Assembly (NCBI GenBank): GCA_966112355.1
Contig: CBHWCZ010000007.1
Span: 22,752-86,751 of the forward strand
From: an uncultured Polaromonas sp.
GTDB taxonomy: Bacteria; Pseudomonadota; Gammaproteobacteria; Burkholderiales; Burkholderiaceae_C
Reading direction: 5' to 3'
Length of the DNA: 64,000 nucleotides
Each line of letters starts with the position of its first letter. The stretch's first letter is position 1. The translations under genes were made by a program, and so were the position numbers. The notes beneath the pieces are model-generated. The model saw only the letters and a program-made list of their open reading frames with translations, made no database searches and was not told the origin of the DNA. Shown one piece after another: positions 57,192 to 64,000 of the stretch.

Positions 57192-57717
57192 AAGAAGCTG
57201 GGGCGCATCGTCAGACCCAGTCACCGTGTGACGGGCAACCGGCGCGATAGCGTAGAAGGTGCGGGCTGGGAAATGCTGTTCGTGGCCGTCGATGACCATG
57301 CCCGCATCGCCTTTACCGATCTTCACGCCGGCGAGAAGACCGCCAATGCAGTGCAGTTCCTGTGCGACGCGCGCACGCCTACTATGCAAGCTTGGGGGTG
57401 CGCATCCAGCGCTTGCTCACCGACAACGGCTCGGCTTTCCGTTCACGAGACTTTGCACAGGCCTGCCAGGCTCTGGGCATCAAGCACAGATTTACGCGCC
57501 CCTACCCCCCAAACCCATGGCAGGGCCGAGCGCTTCATCCAATCGGCTCTGCGCGAGTGGGCCTATGGTTTCACTTACCAGAACTCCAGCGAACGCATGA
57601 CCGCTCTGGACTACTGGAATCATCACTGCAACCGGCACCGGCCCCACCAAGGCATCGGTGGCGTCGCTCCCCTGTCCAGACTCAATCGGTCAAGAAACAA
57701 CCTCTTGACTCTTCACA
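57186..57717 (+). mobile_element. IS481-family element, 3' fragment, frameshifted
   Basis: DTKKLGRI.RP.HRVTGNRR, VAVDDHARIAF, TDNGSAF, AERFIQSALREWAY; ends in ...ACA followed by TCTAG. Confidence 0.88.
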
Positions 57718-57799
57718 TCTAGCGCGGATGTTTTTGGTCCAGTGGTGGTTGATAGGGCCGGCCGGCAGGTCCGCCAGTCTCTCGGGTGCCGCCGTGATG

Positions 57800-58018
57800 C
57801 GGATGGGTCTGCTCCGCCGCATACGGAAAGCGCACCACCGCGTCGCTGTTGGGCTGCACCTACACCCAGCGCGGGTGGTCCAGGCTGGCGGCCAGGGCAG
57901 TGACCGCCAAGCCGGGTATGGCCATCGGCATGTGGCCTGCAGGCCAGCCCCGCGCCGGTGCGATGTTGACGGTAGGGATCAGCCGGCTCTGCGGCACGGG
58001 CAAGGTCGGGTTGGCACC
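57800..58018 (-). pseudogene. Sorbosone dehydrogenase (PQQ sugar dehydrogenase) family remnant
   Basis: GANPTLP...LIPTVNIAPARGWP...LDHPRWV* then, after an apparent deletion, DAVVRFPY. Confidence 0.6.
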
Positions 58019-58219
58019 ATGCCCCCGGAAGGCTGCAAGACGGTGGTATCGCCACACCCGGACAAGGTCGCCGCCAGGGGGCCAGCACACCCCATGACCG
58101 ACGACACCCCATGGAGAACCACACCGAAGACAACGCGCAAGACATGCCCAACCCCTCCACCGGGCCCGCAAGAGCGCAGGCCATGGCCTGACTCTGCCTG
58201 CCCGGCGCGCCCGGCGCTG

Positions 58220-58678
58220 TCAGCCGGGCAGCAGGGGCAAATCGGCTCGCTTGAGGGTGCGCAGCACAAAGCTGGACTTGCTGTGGCGGATGCCCTTGAT
58301 CTTGTAGAGCCGCTCGCGGAGCAGCCGCTCATAGTCCTTGGTGTCCTTCACCGCAATGCGCAACAGGTAGTCGTACTCGCCAGACACCAGCCAGGCCTCG
58401 ATCACCTCGGGAATGGCGGCCAGGGTTTCACCGAATTTTTCCAGCGTGTTGTCGGAATGGCTGTCGAGCGTGACCTGCACCAGCACCGTGTCACCCAGGC
58501 CCAGCGCCTGCGCATTGAGGCGCACCGTGTAACCCTCGATCACACCGGCCTCTTCCATCTTCTTGATGCGCCCCCAGCAGGGCGACGGGCTCAGGCCCAC
58601 AGCCTGGCCGATCTCCTGCAGGCTGGTGCGCGCATCGGCCTGCAAGACCTGAAGGATTTTTCGGTCCAGATTATCCAT
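58220..58678 (-). CDS. Lrp/AsnC family regulator
   Basis: LDRKILQVLQADAR, GLSPSPCWGRIKKMEEAGVIEGY, SGEYDYLL. Confidence 0.93.
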   Translation of the reverse strand: MDNLDRKILQVLQADARTSLQEIGQAVGLSPSPCWGRIKKMEEAGVIEGYTVRLNAQALGLGDTVLVQVTLDSHSDNTLEKFGETLAAIPEVIEAWLVSGEYDYLLRIAVKDTKDYERLLRERLYKIKGIRHSKSSFVLRTLKRADLPLLPG

Positions 58679-58823
58679 GCAGACAATTTATCTGAATTAC
58701 CTGATTTATTGGAATATTTATCTTAAATATGTCTGTAAAACAGGAAATCAGGCAAATTATTCGGCCCAAGCTCAGCGATACTTTGGCCATGACAGCGGAC
58801 TTACCGGTCCGACTGACAAGACA

Positions 58824-58865
58824 AAGCCCCCAACAGGTTACCGCTTGTTGGGGGCTTGGTTTTTT
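58824..58865 (+). terminator. Strong hairpin with U-tract
   Basis: 12-bp stem aagcccccaaca/tgttgggggctt followed by ggtttttt. Confidence 0.7.
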
Positions 58866-58994
58866 GGGGTTGCAGAGCGAGGCGGTCAACTCGCGCTGAC
58901 ATGCTGTCTGCGGGAAGCGGGGCATGCATGAGCACCGAGACGTTAGGCCTCACAATTGCAAATTCAGGTCCCTAATAACTTAGATTAAATTCAA

Positions 58995-59468
58995 ATGCTC
59001 AGAATCATCCTCCTCTGCACTTTTCTTCTATCGGCTTGCGCTACCGGAACGGTAACTTCGCTCGCGGAAAGAAAGCTTGAAGGACCTAAGGTTATAGCGC
59101 TCGATGCGCCCCGTACGCCTTGGATGTTAGAAATTGAAACGCGCCTTCGTAAGGCAGGATTTCAAGTGCTCAGATGGTCCAGCACCTCCCGCGTGAGAGA
59201 GCAAACTTCAGAAACTCGCACAGAGGAATTTCGGAAATCTGCCGCTCGATATGTTCTCGTCGTAGACGGCTATGCACCGCTTGATAAGATGAGACGATGT
59301 TTTGCTGGTGGATATAACTTCGACTATCTACAAGTCGAACTTGTTGACACTCAGAACAATGAAACTGTGCTTAACGTCAGCGGATCGGGCTACTCGGAAA
59401 ATTGCCCCCCGGCATCAGGAACTATTTTTTCTGATATCACAAACGCATTGAATAACGCTTGGAAGTAA
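58995..59468 (+). CDS. Hypothetical lipoprotein, low GC
   Basis: Lipobox LSAC; clean 157-aa ORF with AT-rich codon usage. Confidence 0.8.
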   Translation: MLRIILLCTFLLSACATGTVTSLAERKLEGPKVIALDAPRTPWMLEIETRLRKAGFQVLRWSSTSRVREQTSETRTEEFRKSAARYVLVVDGYAPLDKMRRCFAGGYNFDYLQVELVDTQNNETVLNVSGSGYSENCPPASGTIFSDITNALNNAWK

Positions 59469-59606
59469 AGGCTTCGCCTACCTCGTGAAGCGGTGATGCT
59501 CGGCCCTTGCCCCGGCGGCTCGCCCATAGAAAACTATCAAGACTAGATCCGTGGCGGGCGGTCCGTTTTTGAGTCACAGGTCTGGTGTCATGCCGACTCT
59601 CGGTGC

Positions 59607-60434
59607 TCAATCAGCTAGCGTATTCCCAGGCAGCCGGTCCATCTCGACAAGCAAGCCAGCCAAGCTGCGGCCTGCAGCCGAAAGCACCGCACGGCCCTTG
59701 TCTGCCGTGGCAGCAGCCGCATTACCCACCGCGCCCTGCGGGTTGTAGTCCTGCATCTGCCAGCCCAGCTTGGCGCTGCGGCCATCGCCGAGGATACTGA
59801 ATTTCTTGGAACGGTCTTCGGACGACGAATGAAAGTTCTGCGCCTGGCCCATGTCCACCTGCTCAGGTTTCAACGCCAGCATCATTGACGTTTCGATCTC
59901 GCCGGCGTGGATGCCGAAGCGGTGTTCGTGGTCGCTGAACAGGCCGCTCAGTGATTTGCCGTTCTCGTCCAGCAGCGGCAAATTGAACGAACTGGCGCTG
60001 TACACCAGCATGCCGAGCCGGGCACGTAAATCACGCGCCACCACATCCAGCAGACCCACCTGCCCACCATGCGAATTGAGCAGCAGCAGCTTTTTGACGC
60101 CACTGGCCGCCACCGACTCCGCGAGTTCCGTCCACAGGCGAATCACCGTTTCAGCTTTCAGCGTGAGCGTGCCGGCAAAGCGTGTGTGCTCCGGGCTCAG
60201 GCCGACGGACTGGGTGGGCAGGAACAGCACCGGCTGGCTGGCGGGCAGGTGCGGCAGTGCCGCGGCGATCACGCCATCGACCAGCGTGGCGTCCACATTG
60301 AGCGGCAGGTGCGGGCCGTGCTGTTCAATCGCCGCCACCGGGAGCACCGCGATGCAGCGCGCCAGATCGAGCCTGGCGAAGTCCGGGCTTTTGAGGTCGG
60401 ACCAGAAACGGAGTGGGATCGTGGGGTTGGGCAT
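59607..60434 (-). CDS. Creatininase family protein
   Basis: LPVAAIEQHGPHLPL.VD, NSHGG, HAGEIETS. Confidence 0.92.
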   Translation of the reverse strand: MPNPTIPLRFWSDLKSPDFARLDLARCIAVLPVAAIEQHGPHLPLNVDATLVDGVIAAALPHLPASQPVLFLPTQSVGLSPEHTRFAGTLTLKAETVIRLWTELAESVAASGVKKLLLLNSHGGQVGLLDVVARDLRARLGMLVYSASSFNLPLLDENGKSLSGLFSDHEHRFGIHAGEIETSMMLALKPEQVDMGQAQNFHSSSEDRSKKFSILGDGRSAKLGWQMQDYNPQGAVGNAAAATADKGRAVLSAAGRSLAGLLVEMDRLPGNTLAD

Positions 60435-60550
60435 GAGGGTATTTTGAGGCTGTTTTGTGTCGGATGGGAGTGGAGAGTTGGTGAGGTGGAGACCGGGACT
60501 CGCCCCAGCCTCAGAACCCAGAAAATCCCCAAGTCAATATGGCAGCAACC

Positions 60551-61561
60551 TTAACCACCGACCTGCAACCGGAAAGCCGGTCGCCTCTCCCCCACCAACA
60601 CCCCCCGTGCATTGACAATGCTCGCTGCCCGCCAGGGCTTGAGCGCCTCGCGCTGCGCGTCGTCCAGCCAGCCCAGCTGGTCCAGCACTTCCACGGTGGC
60701 CGCATGCAGCGCCACCTTGTTGGCATCGAGAATCTTCAGTGCCACCGCCTCGCCGCGGCTTTTGCTGCCCACCACCTGCACGCCGTCGGCACCGATCTTG
60801 GTGACCCAGTCGCCGCGGCCTGCGCGCATGAAGGCCAGGTCGTTGCGGCCGGTGCCGGACACCAGGTCGGGGTGGGCGGTCATGGCCTCGCCGAGGGCCG
60901 AGAAGCTCTCGCCGAACTCGGCGTCGCGGCTACCGCTGGCCAGGCGCGCGTAACCATGGGCGAGCCTGGACAGGGGCAGGGCATAGTTGGGCGCCGAGCA
61001 ACCGTCGATGCCCATCGTCAGGTCGCCGGCCTCCATGCCCACCGCACGGGCCACGTCGCGGCGAATGGCCTGCTGCAGCGGGTGCTCTGGCGCGATGTAG
61101 TCGTCCAGACTCAGGCCGTGCTGCACGCAATAGGCCAGAAAGCCGGCATGCTTGCCGCTGCAGTTGTTGTGGCGTTCGTCGAACACGGCGCCTGCTGGCG
61201 GTGCCGTTTCTGTCTGGGCAAAAATCATCGGCACATGGCAGCCGCAGCGCATGGCCCGGTAGCTGAGGCCTGTTTTCTCCAGCATGCCCTGTGCTTCGGC
61301 CACATGCATGTCCTCGCCGTTATGGCTGGCGCACAGCATGGCCAGCTGGCGTGTGCTGAAGCCGAACTGCCGGTGGCCGCCGGCCTCGACAAAAGGCAGC
61401 GCCTGCAGCGCCTTGAGGGTGGAGCGCGAAAACGACAGCCAGTGCGGATGGCCCGCGTGGGCGACGAGCTGGCCGCGGGTGTTCACCACGGCCACAGAAC
61501 CCAGATGCTGGCATTCCAGCGTGCCGCCGCGCGTCAGTTCAATCAGGGGGATGTGTTGCAT
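60551..61561 (-). CDS. L-asparaginase II family protein
   Basis: RSTLKALQA, CASHNGE, NNCSGKHAG, DGCSAP, KIGADGV. Confidence 0.9.
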   Translation of the reverse strand: MQHIPLIELTRGGTLECQHLGSVAVVNTRGQLVAHAGHPHWLSFSRSTLKALQALPFVEAGGHRQFGFSTRQLAMLCASHNGEDMHVAEAQGMLEKTGLSYRAMRCGCHVPMIFAQTETAPPAGAVFDERHNNCSGKHAGFLAYCVQHGLSLDDYIAPEHPLQQAIRRDVARAVGMEAGDLTMGIDGCSAPNYALPLSRLAHGYARLASGSRDAEFGESFSALGEAMTAHPDLVSGTGRNDLAFMRAGRGDWVTKIGADGVQVVGSKSRGEAVALKILDANKVALHAATVEVLDQLGWLDDAQREALKPWRAASIVNARGVLVGERRPAFRLQVGG

Positions 61562-61603
61562 GGGGCGATTGTGGCGCATCCTCCCGGCCACCGACCGCCG
61601 CTC

Positions 61604-63694
61604 TCAGGGCTGCGGGACCGGCAGGCCTTGAATGAAGATTTCCAGCTCGTCGATCGGCAGCGCCTTCGAAAACAGGAAGCCCTGGTAGCAGGTGCAGCCA
61701 TAGCGTGCCAACAGGTCACGCTGCGCCACGGTCTCAACGCCCTCGGCCATCACGGCCAGGCCCAGGCTTTGGGCCAGGCCGATGATGGTGCGGGCAATGG
61801 CTGCATCGTTCGGATCGGTGAGGATGTCCTTCACGAAGGTGCGGTCGATCTTGAGCTGGTCCAGCGGCAGGTACTTCAGGTACGACAGCGCGGAATAGCC
61901 CATGCCGAAATCGTCGATGGACAGCGTCAGGCCGGCTTCTTTCAGTACCCCCATCTTGGCGATCGTCACTTCGATGTTGGTGGCCAGCAGGCTTTCGGTG
62001 AGCTCCAGCTTCAGCCGGTGGGCATTGATGCCTGCGCTCTTGATGGCGGCCATCACCAGCTCCACGAACTCGGGGTGGCGGAACTGGCGCACGCTGACAT
62101 TGACCGCCACGCCGAGCTTGGCGGTTTCGGGCCGCTGGGCCCACAGCGCCAGTTGTGCGCAGGCGGTTTCCAGCACCCATTTGCCCAGCGGCAGGATCAG
62201 TCCGCTCTCCTCGGCTTGTGCGATGAATTCATCGGGAAACACCAGGCCGCGTACGGGATGCCGCCAGCGCAGCAGCGCTTCCACACCGAACATGTGGCCA
62301 TCGTGGCCCACCTGGGGCTGGTAGTACAGCTCAAAGGCGCCGTCCCGCAGGCCCTGTCGCAATTCCAGGTTGAGTGCTGCCCCGGCGGTGGCTGCAGCCT
62401 GCATGCGCGGATCAAAAAAGCAGACCGAGTTGCGACCGGCGGCCTTGGCCTCGTACATGGCCAGGTCGGCCTGCTTGAGCAGGTCGCCGATGTTCTCGCC
62501 CTGCCGCGCGAAGGTGGTGATGCCGATGCTGCAGGTGGCATGGTGGTCGGTGCCGGCGAGGTCGTAGGGCTCGCTCAGGGCTGCGAGGATTTTTTCGCCC
62601 ACCACGCGGGTCCGGGCGGTGGCGACGTCGATGTCGTCACCCTGGTCGTCCAGCATCACAACAAACTCATCGCCGCCGAGCCGCGCCACGGTGTCGGTGT
62701 GCCGCACGCAGGCACTCAGGCGGCCCGCCACCTTCTGCAGCAACAGGTCGCCCTTGGCATGGCCCTGCGTGTCGTTGATCACCTTGAAGTGGTCGAGGTC
62801 GATGAACATCAGTGCACCGACCCTCGGTGGCGCGGCACTTTGCGACAGCGTTGCCTCGAGGCGTTCCATCAGCAACTGGCGGTTGGGCAACTGCGTCAGT
62901 GCGTCGTAGAAGGCCAGCTTCTCGATGTCTTCCTTGGCCACGCGGCGCTCGGTGATGTCGCGGAAGTACACCGCCAGGCCTTCCTCGAACGGGTAGGCAC
63001 GCAGCTCCAGCCACTTGCCGACGCTGGCGTAGAACTCCTCGAACTCCACCGGGTGCCCGTTGCTGAGCGCCATGCGCAGCTCGCGGCGCAGCCGCCCGCC
63101 GGCAATGCCGCTGAGGGTATGCCACAGCGTCTTGCCGAGCAAATCGGTGCTGACCCGGCCCAGCAGCCGTTCGCTTTCGGCGTTCAGGTAGGTGAAGCGG
63201 CCATCGGTGTCCAGCGTCACGAAGGCCTCGGTGATGCTGGCCAGCGTGGTGCTGAGCCGCATGTTCAGGCGCACGGAGGCGGCTTCAGCCTGCTTGCGTT
63301 CCGTCAGGTCCTGCACGACGCCGTGAAGACCCGTCATGTCGCCGTGTTCGTTGCGAACGGCTTCCCCGACGGTGCGAACCCAGATGCGCTGGCCGCTGGC
63401 CACCGCCACCTGCACCTCTTCGTCGAAGGCGTCGCCATACATCAGACAGTCTTGCAACAACTGCTGCATGGTCTCCTGCGCTTCGGGCGCGTAGAGGGTG
63501 AACATCTGATCAAAAGGCGGCGCCGCTGCACCCGCCATGCGGAACAGACTGGCCAGACGCGGCGTCCAGGTGAACTTGTGGTCGGGCAGGTGCAGCGTCC
63601 AGGCGCCGGCGCTGGCTGTGCGTTCCAACAGGCCCTGCAGCGGCGGATGCGGCAGGCCGAGGCTGGCGGGGGAAAGGGGGGGGGCCTGTGTCAC
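61604..63694 (-). CDS. PAS-PAS-GGDEF-EAL c-di-GMP signalling protein
   Basis: YDALTQLPNR, GGDEF, EALLRW, ELTES, DDFGMGYS, EGVE. Confidence 0.95.
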   Translation of the reverse strand: MTQAPPLSPASLGLPHPPLQGLLERTASAGAWTLHLPDHKFTWTPRLASLFRMAGAAAPPFDQMFTLYAPEAQETMQQLLQDCLMYGDAFDEEVQVAVASGQRIWVRTVGEAVRNEHGDMTGLHGVVQDLTERKQAEAASVRLNMRLSTTLASITEAFVTLDTDGRFTYLNAESERLLGRVSTDLLGKTLWHTLSGIAGGRLRRELRMALSNGHPVEFEEFYASVGKWLELRAYPFEEGLAVYFRDITERRVAKEDIEKLAFYDALTQLPNRQLLMERLEATLSQSAAPPRVGALMFIDLDHFKVINDTQGHAKGDLLLQKVAGRLSACVRHTDTVARLGGDEFVVMLDDQGDDIDVATARTRVVGEKILAALSEPYDLAGTDHHATCSIGITTFARQGENIGDLLKQADLAMYEAKAAGRNSVCFFDPRMQAAATAGAALNLELRQGLRDGAFELYYQPQVGHDGHMFGVEALLRWRHPVRGLVFPDEFIAQAEESGLILPLGKWVLETACAQLALWAQRPETAKLGVAVNVSVRQFRHPEFVELVMAAIKSAGINAHRLKLELTESLLATNIEVTIAKMGVLKEAGLTLSIDDFGMGYSALSYLKYLPLDQLKIDRTFVKDILTDPNDAAIARTIIGLAQSLGLAVMAEGVETVAQRDLLARYGCTCYQGFLFSKALPIDELEIFIQGLPVPQP

Positions 63695-63814
63695 AGTGGA
63701 CCCTTGAATGTCATGGGAGGAATCCCGAAAGAGGCGGCAGGCTGCACGGGCGGCCTGCCAAGGGTGAATGGAATCCTGCTGCAGGGGGCCAGTGTGTCGT
63801 GATGATTTCTCGCC

Positions 63815-64000
63815 TTAGGGAGGATGGTGAAGACTGCGTTCCTGGTGGAGTGCGCGGTGCAGTTTTTCGAGGGCGCTCACACTGTCCAGCACGCAGTCGC
63901 GAACCTTGTCGGCGGTGTGGGCCACATCGAATCCGGCGGTCAGTCCGTTGCGCTGCCCCAGCACGGTGGCACACAGGCGTGACTGGATGGCTTCAAATAG
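63815..64000 (-). CDS. Hypothetical protein, C-terminal part, truncated by window edge
   Basis: Open frame LFEAIQSRLC...VLDSVSALEKLHRAL to TAA at 63815. Confidence 0.55.
   Translation of the reverse strand, partial: LFEAIQSRLCATVLGQRNGLTAGFDVAHTADKVRDCVLDSVSALEKLHRALHQERSLHHPP

Noticed and set aside
60539-63802. 1087-aa plus-strand ORF
   Set aside because: Antisense shadow of the asparaginase and GGDEF-EAL genes, common in high-GC DNA; no motifs of its own.

Overview
GC-rich betaproteobacterial chromosome segment, Comamonadaceae-like by gene content (inference). The backbone carries ygfA, slt, a B12/radical SAM gene, dsbD, hemE, priA, rep, transporters, regulators and a PAS-GGDEF-EAL gene. 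A 32.5-kb integrative element (4498-36979) splits the radical SAM gene exactly inside its CxxxCxxC motif. It has 12-bp imperfect terminal inverted repeats, a 6-bp extra footprint (4492-4497) and no target duplication. Its core is three tyrosine-recombinase-like genes plus an auxiliary gene, the layout I recall for strand-biased circularizing elements (SEs). The element carries its own intact, diverged copy of the gene it destroyed. Its cargo includes a decapitated integron with three attC cassettes, a sulfite-handling/ECF-sigma block, a dead small tyrosine recombinase, candidate defence genes, and same-orientation short hairpin sites that sit at cargo-module boundaries. Outside the element, a dispersed palindromic repeat is inserted in frame in priA, and a DnaA-box/IHF-site cluster lies between hemE and priA. 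All family assignments come from motif recognition by eye; no searches were run.
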